Source: an uncultured Chloroflexia bacterium (GTDB taxonomy: Bacteria; Chloroflexota; Chloroflexia; Thermomicrobiales; UBA6265). Taken from it: a DNA stretch of 64,000 nucleotides. Positions 30,622 through 40,763 of this stretch are shown piece by piece. How positions within the stretch are numbered: position 1 is the stretch's first letter; each line of letters begins with the position of its first letter. Where the stretch lies: the NCBI GenBank assembly GCA_963724295.1, contig CAVRUC010000007.1, forward strand, positions 640,001-704,000, in the 5' to 3' direction. A program made the position numbers and the translations under genes. The notes under the pieces were generated by a model, which saw only the letters and a program-made list of their open reading frames with translations, searched no databases and was not told where the DNA came from.

Positions 30622-31743
30622 TTACCCGTCGCTGTTCAAGTAAGTCGCGACGTTTGCGTCCTGCTCTTCCTTGGTGACGGCGAAGGCATGTTCACCGGTG
30701 TCACCCTTGGCCACGAAGTACATGTATGGCGTGTCATCGGGGAAGAGCACCGCCTGGATGGAAGCGAACCCGGGGTTGGCGATCGGACCCGGTGGTAACC
30801 CATCTTTTTGATAGGTGTTGTACGGACTGTCGTAAAAGAGATCGTCTCCCGTCAGCTTTGGCCACCAATCGTCCGGGGTGCCAAGCGCGTACTGAACAGT
30901 TGGATCCGCGTCGAGCCGCCACCCCTGCTCCCAGCGGCTCAGGTAGATGTCCGCGATCGTCGGCCGCTCCTCGGGAATCTGCGCTTCCTTCTCGACGAGC
31001 GATGCAAGCGTGACGACGTCGTGGATCGTGAGCCCCATCTGCTGGGTTCTCTGTCGCATCTCCGGCGTGTACTTGTTGCCGAAGTTCGTCAGCATGGTGA
31101 CCACATTGACGACCGGGTCTTTTGCGTTGAACGTATAGGTATCGGGGAAGAGATACCCCTCGAGGCTGGCGTCAGCCGGCAGCCCCGCCAGGAAGTCGAA
31201 CTGCGAGCGGTCGATGCCCTTGACGGCGTCGAGGAATGCCTGCGTCCCACCTTCGCCGCCAAGCCGCGCGTATTCTTCCGCAATCTCTTCGATTCGCCAG
31301 CCCTCGGGGATGGTGATATCGAATGACTGCGGAGCGTTCGAAGCGGCCTCCGCGGGAGCCTCCTCCGCCGGCGCGGCTCCGGTGATGCGGTCCACGATCT
31401 GGGGGACGCTCATGCCCTTGCGCAAGGTGTATGTCCCCGGGATCAGGGCGCCGCCCGAGAGTTTGAACTGTCCCTGGAACAAGAGCGTCGATTTGATGAG
31501 CCCTTGCGACGCCAGCTCGTCGGCGATTTCGGCATCGGTCTGGTCCTCGAAGACGGTGAGCATGACGGTTTCGCCCGCGTCGCTGGGACGCGCGAGCTCC
31601 GCCGCGTAGGAGAACGCCCACACGCCCGTGGCGAGCACGACAACCGACAGAGCGGCAATAGTCACCACTTTGAGTGATTGGGTGAAGACACGCAACACGC
31701 TGTCGGAACCCTCCGCCTTAGAACGTGTCGAACGACCAGCCAA
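30622..31743 (-). CDS. mltG: Endolytic transglycosylase MltG (YceG)
   Basis: TM helix, TIPEG, LEGYLFPDTY, ASLVEKE, SPYNTY...GLPPGPIANPG. Confidence 0.95.
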   Translation of the reverse strand: MAGRSTRSKAEGSDSVLRVFTQSLKVVTIAALSVVVLATGVWAFSYAAELARPSDAGETVMLTVFEDQTDAEIADELASQGLIKSTLLFQGQFKLSGGALIPGTYTLRKGMSVPQIVDRITGAAPAEEAPAEAASNAPQSFDITIPEGWRIEEIAEEYARLGGEGGTQAFLDAVKGIDRSQFDFLAGLPADASLEGYLFPDTYTFNAKDPVVNVVTMLTNFGNKYTPEMRQRTQQMGLTIHDVVTLASLVEKEAQIPEERPTIADIYLSRWEQGWRLDADPTVQYALGTPDDWWPKLTGDDLFYDSPYNTYQKDGLPPGPIANPGFASIQAVLFPDDTPYMYFVAKGDTGEHAFAVTKEEQDANVATYLNSDG

Positions 31744-31781
31744 GCTAATGGTCGCACCTCGATGTCGTCATAATAGTTTCC

Positions 31782-32771
31782 GTGGCAGCGAGCAACAACC
31801 AGATGGATCCGACTCAACAGACGGCGCGGCGGCAAGTAGCGCGGCCACGCATCGTCGTGGTTGCCGGTCCCACTGCCGTCGGCAAGACGGCTCTCGGCAT
31901 TGCGCTGGCCGAGGAATTCGATGGCGAAGTCGTCAACGCCGATTCGCGCTACCTCTATCAGGGGTTCGACATCGGGGTTGCCAAACCGGACCTCGCCGAG
32001 CGACGGGGCATCCCGCATCACCTGATCGACATCCTGCCGCCGGACGGCGACATGAGCCTCGCTCGCTATCAGGATCTGGCGCTGCAAACCATCGGGGAGG
32101 TTCTGCACAGGAGCAAGCTTCCGATCCTGGTCGGCGGCACCCCGCTCTACATCAACGCGGTCGTCGAAGGCTGGAACATGCCGCGCGTTCCTCCCAATCC
32201 CTCGCTTCGCGCCGCGCTCGAGGCCGAGGCGGACGCGCGCGGTGTCGAGACCCTCGCGACGCGGCTGCGTGAGGTCGATCCCGTGGCCGCCGAGCGATGC
32301 GGCCGCAACCTGCGCCGCATCATTCGCGCCCTGGAGGTCTACGAGGAAACCGGCCTCCCCATGTCGACCCAGGAGAGCAAGGGCCCTCCTCCGTTCGAGA
32401 CCCTCGAGCTCGGCTTGACGATGCCTCGAGATGCTCTCTATCGCGCCGTGGACGACCGGGTGCGCAGCCAGATCGAGCGTGGGCTCGTCGCTGAGGTGCG
32501 GTCCTTGCTCGAACGCGGTGTGCCGCAGAGCGCTCCCGCCATGAGCAGCCTCGGCTATCGCCAGCTGCTGCCGTATATCCGCGGCGAGTCGAGCCTAGAG
32601 CAGGCCATCGAGCGGATTCGCCATGACACGCACCGCTACGTGCGCCATCAGGAAACCTGGCTGCGCCGCAATGCGCGGCTAACCTGGCTCGACGTCACAT
32701 CGCCGGAGTGGATCACCGCGGCGAAGTCCCGGGTCCGGGCGTTCCTGGAGGGATCGATCGCGCCAGCTTGA
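31782..32771 (+). CDS. miaA: tRNA dimethylallyltransferase
   Basis: GPTAVGKT, NADS, PHHLID, VGGTPLY, RALEV, RHQETW. Confidence 0.96.
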   Translation: MAASNNQMDPTQQTARRQVARPRIVVVAGPTAVGKTALGIALAEEFDGEVVNADSRYLYQGFDIGVAKPDLAERRGIPHHLIDILPPDGDMSLARYQDLALQTIGEVLHRSKLPILVGGTPLYINAVVEGWNMPRVPPNPSLRAALEAEADARGVETLATRLREVDPVAAERCGRNLRRIIRALEVYEETGLPMSTQESKGPPPFETLELGLTMPRDALYRAVDDRVRSQIERGLVAEVRSLLERGVPQSAPAMSSLGYRQLLPYIRGESSLEQAIERIRHDTHRYVRHQETWLRRNARLTWLDVTSPEWITAAKSRVRAFLEGSIAPA

Positions 32772-32996
32772 GATGCGAAATTCGATACTCGGATTATGGA
32801 GTCGCGTTGCTGCGTTGCCGCTCCTGCCTCTCGTAGCCTTTGCAGCCTTAGGAATCTTCGGAATCTTCGACTGCATGGCCCGCTCCGGCTGTGGAGTGCT
32901 CCCGGCCCGATTCGACCGTTCTGACCGCGGGGGGCTCGTATACTTCGCCTACCCGCGGCTGTTGACAGACAGTCGTGTGAGTAGAAAGGGAGCCCG

Positions 32997-33431
32997 TTGG
33001 ACCGCCAGGCGTATGTCGAGCACATCATCGATCATTATCAGAACCCGCGAAATAAGGGGCGCATGGAGGATGCCAGCGTTCAGCTCGGCGGCGGCAACCC
33101 TGGCTGCGGTGATCTCATCACCATGTACGTCAAAGTCGGCGACGATGACCGCGTCGAAGCCGTCTCCTTCGAAGGAGACGGCTGCACGATCAGCCAGGCC
33201 GGCGGCTCGATCGTCAGTGAGCTGGCCCAGGGTCTTACCCTCGACGAGGTCAAGGAGCTGGGTCTCGCCGAGATCAACGACGAGATGGGCGAGGAAGTCG
33301 TCAAGAGCCGCGTCCGCTGCGCTACCCTGGCACTTGGTACGCTGCAGGCCGCGGTCGATCAATTCCGCAGGGACCGCGAACGGCACGAGGCAGGTCTACC
33401 GCCGGTCGAACTAAAACCGTTCGAGGTCTAG
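32997..33431 (+). CDS. NifU-N/SufU-like Fe-S scaffold or sulfur-transfer protein
   Basis: DHYQNPRNKG, NPGCGD, GDGCTISQA, RVRCATL; TTG start after AGGGAG. Confidence 0.92.
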   Translation: MDRQAYVEHIIDHYQNPRNKGRMEDASVQLGGGNPGCGDLITMYVKVGDDDRVEAVSFEGDGCTISQAGGSIVSELAQGLTLDEVKELGLAEINDEMGEEVVKSRVRCATLALGTLQAAVDQFRRDRERHEAGLPPVELKPFEV

Positions 33432-33497
33432 CGACCGCTGGAACGGGTCACCATCGACCCAGGTCCGCTCCCGCGGCGCCGTTCTCTGAGGCACGAC

Positions 33498-34823
33498 ATG
33501 GAGAACCGGCCCCGGGTTGCCGAGATCACTCTCAGTGCCGCCTGGCATACGGGAGCGGTGCCGGCCCGCCTCGACACGACTGACGGCGTTGCCCTGGACA
33601 TCGTTCACCGTGGAACGTGGAGTCACGGTCTCGGGCCCGATTTCCGCGACGCGCTCATTCTCTTCGACGGACGCGAACTTCGCGCCGGCAGCGTCGAGAT
33701 CCACCTGCGCACCCGCGGCTGGGGCGATCACGGCCATCACCTCGATTCCGCGTATGACGCCGTCGTCCTTCATCTCGTCGGCGAGCACGACGGCACCGAA
33801 ACGCGTCGCCTGGACGGGGCCATCGTTCCCGTCGCCGTGATCGGTCCCCTCGAGCGATTCGCGGTGCCCCAGTTTGCCGCCTGGGACTGGCCCTCGGTCG
33901 GCGGCGCCACCTGTGCCAGCTGTCTCTCGGCCACCAGCCCGGCTTCCGCCCGCGAGATCGTCCATCAGCTCGGCGACGTGCGCCTTGCCGCGCGTTCCGC
34001 CCGGCTCGAGGGTCGCCTATCAGGTGAGCCACCTGGCGAGATCCTCTGGCAAGAGCTGCTCGACGGCTTCGGTTTCGCGATGAACCGCGAGCCAATGCGG
34101 GAGATCGCCCGCGCCGTGCCGCTGTCGTCGATCGAGGCGCTGCTGCAGGCTGTGCCAACCAGCTCCCGGGAGGCAGTCGCGCGCGGAGTCCTTCTCGGTG
34201 TGGCCGGCTTTCTTCCCCTCTCACCCGCCGAAGCGCACCTGGGTGGACTCGCGAACCACGACGTGGCGGAGATCGAGAGCCGGTGGCGCGACCATGGCGC
34301 CCCCTGGCGCGACGGTCCACTGTCACCGACCGCGTGGAATCGGACGCGCGTACGACCGGTCAATCACCCGGTACCCAGGCTCCTGGCCGCGGCCGGCCTC
34401 CTGGCCGCTGCCAGCGCGCGAGGTGGCACACTGGCCACCATTCTGGGAATCGTGCTCGAGCGCACCGACGCCGTCGAACGCCTGCGAGCGTTGACGGAGA
34501 GCGAGGGCCGCTCCCGAATCGGCGCCGACCGGGCGATCGACATGCTGGTGAGCGGCATTATCCCGCTGGCGCTCGCACTCGCCGCCCACTCCGGCGATCT
34601 CGACCTCGCCGATGCCGCGTCCAGCCAGTGGGACCGCCTCCCCGCTCCGAGTCCTAACGCGGTCACGCGGCGCGCGTTGCGCCAGGTTGCCGGCAGGTCA
34701 CCTCTGGGCAAAATCGGTGCCCGTGGGGCGCAGGGTCTGATCCATCTAGACACAGTTCTCTGTCAGCCGCGTCGTTGCTTCGAGTGTCCGATTGCCGCTG
34801 CCGAGCTCTCTGTCAACGGCTGA
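33498..34823 (+). CDS. DUF2851 family protein
   Basis: GPDF.DA, GSVEIH, W..HGHH.D..Y..VVLH, RPVNHP..RL, QGLIHL...C...RC..C. Confidence 0.85.
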   Translation: MENRPRVAEITLSAAWHTGAVPARLDTTDGVALDIVHRGTWSHGLGPDFRDALILFDGRELRAGSVEIHLRTRGWGDHGHHLDSAYDAVVLHLVGEHDGTETRRLDGAIVPVAVIGPLERFAVPQFAAWDWPSVGGATCASCLSATSPASAREIVHQLGDVRLAARSARLEGRLSGEPPGEILWQELLDGFGFAMNREPMREIARAVPLSSIEALLQAVPTSSREAVARGVLLGVAGFLPLSPAEAHLGGLANHDVAEIESRWRDHGAPWRDGPLSPTAWNRTRVRPVNHPVPRLLAAAGLLAAASARGGTLATILGIVLERTDAVERLRALTESEGRSRIGADRAIDMLVSGIIPLALALAAHSGDLDLADAASSQWDRLPAPSPNAVTRRALRQVAGRSPLGKIGARGAQGLIHLDTVLCQPRRCFECPIAAAELSVNG

Positions 34824-34829
34824 GATTCC

Positions 34830-35120
34830 CCCATTCGTGACACCACAATCACAATCCTCGCTTCGCGGCTCGAGGCCCCGCCGGGTCAGACTTGCCCGTA
34901 ATTGGTGTGAGAACGAGCGTTTGCTTTGAATATTTCCTCATTGTCACAGTTCCGATAGGCTATCCATTAGTCCTACCCGTTGACATTTCGACAAATCTTG
35001 CAATTAGGTTTTCTTCCTGTAACCTTATATCAGTCACAGTTGCGCGGAAGCGAGTCCTTGACCCGCGGTCGCCAGTGATGACGGCCGGTCAGACCCGTTC
35101 CTCGGCCGTCACAGTCGTGA
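34830..35120. promoter_or_regulatory. AT-rich intergenic regulatory region
   Basis: TTGACA at 34980; GTCACAGT at 34943, 35033 and 35108; CAAATCTTGCA at 34992. Confidence 0.5.
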
Positions 35121-35177
35121 ACGTGGCGCATCCGGCAAAAGCGCCAAATTGCACCGCAATTGAGGGAGCAAGAGAGC

Positions 35178-36299
35178 ATGAACGCCCGCAGGTTCGATGC
35201 GCTCACGGTAGCGATGACGTCCGGCGCGCAACGCGCCAGCCGGCGCCGCGTCTTGCGCGGGCTGGCCATGCTTGCCGCCTTCGGGGTTGCCCCGGGCGTG
35301 GCCCGAGCCTTCGACGGCGGTCCCGTTCCGGTCCAGCCTGCCGTCGGTAGCGTCGGCTGCACGAGTGGGGCGGACTGCGCCGCCGGCGAGGTTTGTCTGA
35401 ACGGTGGCTGTGCCCCCCGCGGGTCGACCGGGAATGGATCGACCGGGCAGCTGGTGGGCGAGCCAACAACTGGCGACAGCCCTCCTGGGACCACGCCCGT
35501 TGCGGCGCCGGAGACGGTGGAGACGGTTCCCCTTACGGGCGTCGGCGGGCTCATCCAGCCAGGTGAACCGCTGCCGGCCCGGATCTACGCCGGCCGCTGC
35601 GGCAGCCTCGGCGCGGACCCAGCCTTCCAGCTCATCGACGTCGGCGCCGTCGAAGGCGCCGAAGAGGGAGAAGCACCGCAGGGCGCGCTCACCGCGATTC
35701 CGGCGGAGTTCAGCACGACGGTCGTCAACGCGCCGCTCGCCAATCTCCTCGGCACCGAGCACGCGATCGACGTTCGGGTCGATGACGCCGATCCCGCCAC
35801 CTCGATCGCATGCGGCGATATCGGCGGCCCAATCGAAGCGGGCACCGAGGGTGAAGAGCTCGCGGTCGGCCTCCGGGAGCAAGGCCAGTCCGCCTATTCC
35901 GGAATCGCCTGGCTGCAAGCCGAAGAAGAGCGGACGCTGGTGCGAGTCTTCCTGGCGCGAGGCCTGGACAGCGGTGACACGGCGGTTGCGGCGCAGACAG
36001 TCGCAACCGAGGTGGCGGAGCCGGAGGCCGCACCCGCCGTCGAGGAGGCTGCCCAGCCCGCCGGCACCCCGGTGGTCGGCGCCGCGACGCCACTTGGCGC
36101 CGGAGCCCGCGTCGTCACCTCGATCGACGTCAATCTCCGTGCCGCGCCGGCTGAAGACGCGGAAGTCATTTCTATCCTTGGCCAAGGCGTCGAGCTGGAA
36201 GTCACCGGCGCCCCCGTCGATGGCTGGGTGCCGGTGACCGAGCCCGGCTCGGGACAGGCAGGCTTCGTCAGCGATCAGTTCGTGACGCTCGTTCCGTAG
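35178..36299 (+). CDS. Tat-exported protein with a Cys mini-repeat, a central 'GxC...IACGDIGG' domain and a C-terminal SH3b domain
   Basis: MNARRFDAL...SRRRVL leader; CTSGADCAAGEVCLNGGC; VNLRAAP...GWVPV...GFVS. Confidence 0.85.
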   Translation: MNARRFDALTVAMTSGAQRASRRRVLRGLAMLAAFGVAPGVARAFDGGPVPVQPAVGSVGCTSGADCAAGEVCLNGGCAPRGSTGNGSTGQLVGEPTTGDSPPGTTPVAAPETVETVPLTGVGGLIQPGEPLPARIYAGRCGSLGADPAFQLIDVGAVEGAEEGEAPQGALTAIPAEFSTTVVNAPLANLLGTEHAIDVRVDDADPATSIACGDIGGPIEAGTEGEELAVGLREQGQSAYSGIAWLQAEEERTLVRVFLARGLDSGDTAVAAQTVATEVAEPEAAPAVEEAAQPAGTPVVGAATPLGAGARVVTSIDVNLRAAPAEDAEVISILGQGVELEVTGAPVDGWVPVTEPGSGQAGFVSDQFVTLVP

Positions 36300-36323
36300 C
36301 ACATCCATCGCCGCGCGAGAACC

Positions 36324-36365
36324 CGGCGGGAGGCCGACACGGTTGTGTCGGCCTCCCGTCGTTTC
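36324..36365 (+). terminator. Intrinsic terminator
   Basis: CGGCGGGAGGCCGACAC-GGTT-GTGTCGGCCTCCCGTCG then TTTC. Confidence 0.75.
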
Positions 36366-36507
36366 GTGTCGACGCCGGGTCACTATCTCCGCCGGTGCCG
36401 GCACGATTTCGGCAACCTCCGATATAGTCCCATCGACTCAGGACGAGATTGGATCAGACGCGATCGGCACGGCAGGCACGCCGTGTCGACCGCGCGGGGG
36501 GTTGAGC

Positions 36508-37890
36508 ATGGTCGAGGCGGTCAGCGGCAAGATCAGCGTGTCGGATCTGGCCGCGCTCATCGCCGCCGGTGAGATCGATACGGTCGTCACCGCGGTCTGC
36601 GACATGCAGGGACGCCTCGTTGGCAAGCGCGTCACCGGTCAATTCTTCGTCGACCACTGCCTCGATCACGGGACCCACCTCTGTACGTACCTCCTCGGTA
36701 CCGACATGGAGATGAACACCCCCGCCGGGTACGCGCTCATGAACTGGGAAACCGGGTATGGGGACTACCTCAATCGCCCGGATTGGGCGACGCTGCGAGT
36801 GATTCCCTGGCTGGAGAAAACGGCGCTCGTGCTCGGCGACCTTGTCGACGAGGCGAGCAACCAGCTCATTCCGATCGCGCCACGATCGATCCTGCGGCGC
36901 CAGGTCGAGCGCGCTGAGCGCATGGGTTTTCGTCCCATGATGGCTTCGGAGCTGGAGTTCTACCTCCTGCGCGACACCTACGAAGAAGCGGCCGACAAGG
37001 GCTGGGATGGGCTGCGGACCTGGGGTTGGTACAACGAGGACTACCAGCTCCTGCAGGCGACGAAGGGAGAGCCAATCTACCGCCAGCTCCGCAATCAGAT
37101 GGTGAGCGCGGGCGTGCCGATCGAGTTCTCCAAGGGAGAAGCCGCCCCTGGCCAGCACGAAGTCAACATCCACTACGACGACGCCCTGGAGTCGGCTGAC
37201 CGGGCGGCCATCTACAAGCACGGCGCCAAGGAGATCGCCCATCTCAGCGGCTGCTCGATTACGTTCATGGCCAAACCGGACGAGACCTGGACCGGTTCCT
37301 CCAGCCACGTCCACATCAGTCTCTGGGATGCCGCCGGCGGGATGAACCTCTTTGCGGACGACGGGGCGCCCGGTGAGATGTCGCAGACGATGCGTCACTT
37401 CCTGGGCGGTCTGCTGGCGGGGTCGCGCGAGCTGTCGCTGTTCATCGCCAGCAATATCAATTCGTACAAGCGGTACGCGGTGGCATCGTGGGCTCCGGTG
37501 AATATCGTCTGGTCGCGGGATAACCGCACCTGCGGCTTCCGTATCGTCGGGCATGGTTCGTCATTGCGCATCGAAGACCGGCTTCCCGGTGGAGACGCCA
37601 ATCCGTATCTCACCTACGCCGCGATTCTGGCGGCGGGTCTGAACGGTATCGAACGGGGCATCGAGCCATCAGCGGAGTTCCGCGGCAACGCCTATGAGGC
37701 GACTGACGTGCCACGGGTGCCCCGCTCGATGTCCGAGGCCATCGCGGCGCTACGTGACAGCAGTCTGGCGCGGGAAGCATTCGGCGACGACGTGGTGGCC
37801 CACTACCTCAATATGGCTGAAGTCGAGCAGCGCGCCTACGACATGGCCGTGACCGACTGGGAGCGCCGCCGGTACTTTGAGCGCGGCTGA
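36508..37890 (+). CDS. Glutamine synthetase-like (gamma-glutamylamine ligase type) protein
   Basis: DMQGRLVGKR, ELEFY, EAAPGQHE, TFMAKP, GSSSHVH, DNRT, RIEDRLPGGDANPY. Confidence 0.9.
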   Translation: MVEAVSGKISVSDLAALIAAGEIDTVVTAVCDMQGRLVGKRVTGQFFVDHCLDHGTHLCTYLLGTDMEMNTPAGYALMNWETGYGDYLNRPDWATLRVIPWLEKTALVLGDLVDEASNQLIPIAPRSILRRQVERAERMGFRPMMASELEFYLLRDTYEEAADKGWDGLRTWGWYNEDYQLLQATKGEPIYRQLRNQMVSAGVPIEFSKGEAAPGQHEVNIHYDDALESADRAAIYKHGAKEIAHLSGCSITFMAKPDETWTGSSSHVHISLWDAAGGMNLFADDGAPGEMSQTMRHFLGGLLAGSRELSLFIASNINSYKRYAVASWAPVNIVWSRDNRTCGFRIVGHGSSLRIEDRLPGGDANPYLTYAAILAAGLNGIERGIEPSAEFRGNAYEATDVPRVPRSMSEAIAALRDSSLAREAFGDDVVAHYLNMAEVEQRAYDMAVTDWERRRYFERG

Positions 37891-37996
37891 TCGGGGCTCG
37901 ATCGCGACGACGCGGATATCCTTGCCGGCGGAGTGACGTGGGAACGCACCCGCGATGCGCTCGACAAGAGACATGGCCGAGAGGAGTACCTGTTCG

Positions 37997-39496
37997 GTGG
38001 CTGAGGTGATCGCGACGGGACGGAGACAACGGGAACAACCCACGATCGACCACCGGCGCGCACCGATTCTCGAAGGCGTTCTCGCGTACCACCACCAGGG
38101 CATCCTCCCCTTTTCGACGCCGGGACACAAGCTCGGTATCGGCGCCGACGCCGAGCTGCGCGACACGTTCGGCGAGCAAGCCTTCCGCAGCGATATCCCC
38201 CTCGGAGGGGGCGTCGGAGACACCCACTTCGGCGGCGAAGCCCTTCGCGTCGCGGAAGCGATGGCGGCCGACGCCTGGGACGCCGACCGCAGCTTCTTTC
38301 TGCTCAATGGCTCGACCGCCGGCAACCACGCCTTCCTGCTCGCGACGATCCGACCGGGTGACAAGGTCATCGTTTCTCGCGACCTGCACAAGTCGCTCCT
38401 CGTGGCCCTCATCCTGTCCGGCGCGGTCCCCGTCTACCTCGCGCCGCGGTTGCATCCGGAGCTGAACGTTGGACTCGGCATCTCGGTGGCGGAGGTCGCC
38501 GCGGCGCTGGAGCTCCACCCCGACACGAAACTCGTCGTCCTGGTCAGCCCTTCGTACTGCGGCGTTGCCTCCGATCTCGAAGGCATCACCGCCGTCGCGC
38601 ACGCGAGGCAGATTCCGGTGTACGTGGACGAAGCATGGGGGCCACATTTCGCGTTTCACCCCGCTCTTCCCCGCTCCGCGATGGCCAGCGGCGTCGATGG
38701 CGCGGTCTCGTCGATCCACAAGGTGCTGGGCGGTCTCACCCAGGCCGCGATCCTGAACGTGCAGGGGGGCCTTGTCGACCCCGATCGCGTCCGCACGACG
38801 ATTGGCATGGTGCAAACGACCAGTCCCTCCGTGCTCGTGCTGGCGTCGATTGACGCCGCCCGGCGCCAGATGGCGTTACAGGGCGAGATCCTGCTCGAGC
38901 GGACCATCGCCCTGGCGGAGAACGCGCGGCGACGGCTGCAGGCGCTTCCCGGGATCGGCGTCCTCGACGCCGAGCAGCTGGGGATCGACGCCTTCGATCT
39001 CACCAAGCTCGTCATCGACGTCGACGGGTTAGGGATGACGGGGTACCAGGCCGAAGACGCACTTCGCAACCGCTTCGGAGTCGGCCCCGAGATGAGCGAT
39101 CTCGTTGGCGTCGTCTGTCTGATCACGATCGGCGACACCGAGGCGAGCATCCAGCGCCTTGTCGAGGCCTTCGCGACCCTCTCTCGGGAACACTGGCGGG
39201 GCGCCAACAGACGCGCCGATCGCCGGTCATCCGGTGCCGCGGTTGCCGCCGCCGAGCTGGCGATGTCACCGCGCGAGGCATTCTTCTCGCCGTCCCGAGC
39301 TATTTCGCTCGACGAGGCCAGCGGCGAGATCTCGACCGAGTTGGTGATCCCCTACCCGCCGGGCATCCCGGTTCTCGCCCCCGGCGAAGTGATCACCGCT
39401 GAGAAGGTGGCGTACCTGACCGAAGGCGTCGACCACGGCATGTACATCTCAGGACCTGCAGACCCTCAGCTGAGGACCATCCGGGTCGTCGTCTGA
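37997..39496 (+). CDS. PLP-dependent Orn/Lys/Arg decarboxylase
   Basis: FSTPGHK, NGSTAGN, HKS, VDEAWG, SIHK, TTSPS, PYPPGIP; start uncertain (37955-38006). Confidence 0.93.
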   Translation: MAEVIATGRRQREQPTIDHRRAPILEGVLAYHHQGILPFSTPGHKLGIGADAELRDTFGEQAFRSDIPLGGGVGDTHFGGEALRVAEAMAADAWDADRSFFLLNGSTAGNHAFLLATIRPGDKVIVSRDLHKSLLVALILSGAVPVYLAPRLHPELNVGLGISVAEVAAALELHPDTKLVVLVSPSYCGVASDLEGITAVAHARQIPVYVDEAWGPHFAFHPALPRSAMASGVDGAVSSIHKVLGGLTQAAILNVQGGLVDPDRVRTTIGMVQTTSPSVLVLASIDAARRQMALQGEILLERTIALAENARRRLQALPGIGVLDAEQLGIDAFDLTKLVIDVDGLGMTGYQAEDALRNRFGVGPEMSDLVGVVCLITIGDTEASIQRLVEAFATLSREHWRGANRRADRRSSGAAVAAAELAMSPREAFFSPSRAISLDEASGEISTELVIPYPPGIPVLAPGEVITAEKVAYLTEGVDHGMYISGPADPQLRTIRVVV

Positions 39497-39499
39497 ATC

Positions 39500-40687
39500 T
39501 CAGGCGCCAGCCCGGGTGCGCTCCGGCACCATCGCCAGGCGCTCGGCGGCGTGCTGGATCGTCTCCGCACGCTTGGCGAAGCAGAACCGCGCCAGCAGCG
39601 GCGCCCGCGCCGGATCCAGGTAAAACGCGGAGGGTGGAATAGCCGCCACTCCGATCTCGGACGTAAGCCAGCGGCAGAACTCGACGTCGGACTCGAAGCC
39701 GAGATGCGAGATGTCGGACATCAGGAAATAGGCGCCTGCTATAGGGAGCGTCGGCAGATTCGCCCCATCCAGGACGACCTTGAGCGCGTCGCGGCGCCGG
39801 TGGTAGTCCCTGCTCAGATCGGCGTAATAGCCCAACCCCGGGGCTTGCTCGAGCGCGACCGCCATCGCCTCCTGAAATGGTGTGGCCGAGGCAAAGGTCA
39901 CGAACTGGTGAACGGCCCGCAGGGGTGCGGTCAATCGTGCCGGCCCGATCACGTAGCCGACCTTCCAGCCCGTCATGGAAAACGTCTTGCCCGTCGAATT
40001 GATCGTCAGCGTGCGCTCCCACATACCGGGCAAGGTGGCGAGCGGAAGATGCTCGGCGGCGTCGAAGACGATCCGCTCGTAGACCTCGTCGGTCACCGCG
40101 ACCACGTCCCACCGCTGACAGAGCTCGGCCAGCTTCGCCAGCTCATCGCGCGTGAAGACTTTTCCGGTGGGGTTGTGCGGCGTGTTCAGCAGGAGCACTC
40201 GCGTGCGTGGCCCGAACGCGGCGGCGGCTTCCCCGGGATCAAATGACCAGTCCGGCGATCGCAGCGTTACCGTCCGTATCGTCGCGTTCGCCATGATCGC
40301 GCTGGGCAGATATGAATCGTAAAACGGCTCGAAAACGACGATCTCGTCCCCGGGACCGGCCAGCGCCTGCACCGCGTCGAAGATGGCTTCGGTGGCGCCG
40401 GATGTTACCGTTATCTCGCGGTCCGGGTCGACGTCCATTCCGTATTGCTCGTTCCACGTGCTGGCGATCGCGGCCCGCAGGCGGGTTGCGCCGTGGGACA
40501 CGGCGTACTGATTGAGATCGGCATCGACAGCCGCCTTGGCGGCCTCCTTGACGAAGGATGGGCCGGGAAAATCGGGGAAGCCCTGACCCAGGTTGACCGC
40601 GCCGTGCTGATTGGCCAACCGGCTCATCTCGCTAAAGACCGAGGTGCCGAAACCACGCACCCGAGGCGAAGCAACGTCTCTGATCAC
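39500..40687 (-). CDS. Class I/II PLP aminotransferase (YbdL/DapC-like)
   Basis: NLGQGFPD, GATEA, NTPHNPTG, DEVY, STGKTFSMTGWKVG, RFCFAK; start uncertain. Confidence 0.92.
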   Translation of the reverse strand: MIRDVASPRVRGFGTSVFSEMSRLANQHGAVNLGQGFPDFPGPSFVKEAAKAAVDADLNQYAVSHGATRLRAAIASTWNEQYGMDVDPDREITVTSGATEAIFDAVQALAGPGDEIVVFEPFYDSYLPSAIMANATIRTVTLRSPDWSFDPGEAAAAFGPRTRVLLLNTPHNPTGKVFTRDELAKLAELCQRWDVVAVTDEVYERIVFDAAEHLPLATLPGMWERTLTINSTGKTFSMTGWKVGYVIGPARLTAPLRAVHQFVTFASATPFQEAMAVALEQAPGLGYYADLSRDYHRRRDALKVVLDGANLPTLPIAGAYFLMSDISHLGFESDVEFCRWLTSEIGVAAIPPSAFYLDPARAPLLARFCFAKRAETIQHAAERLAMVPERTRAGA

Positions 40688-40763
40688 GTCCGCCGGTCCT
40701 CTAGCTGCCGCATTGTGCGAGAGTCTTGCCCTGGGGACGTCACGAGTCACGTGCTGTAGCTCG

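Noticed and set aside
32773..32996. Short direct repeats (GGAATCTTC twice) and the ORF starting at 32773
   Set aside because: Too short to be significant; the ORF overlaps the SufU-like gene out of frame and has no motif
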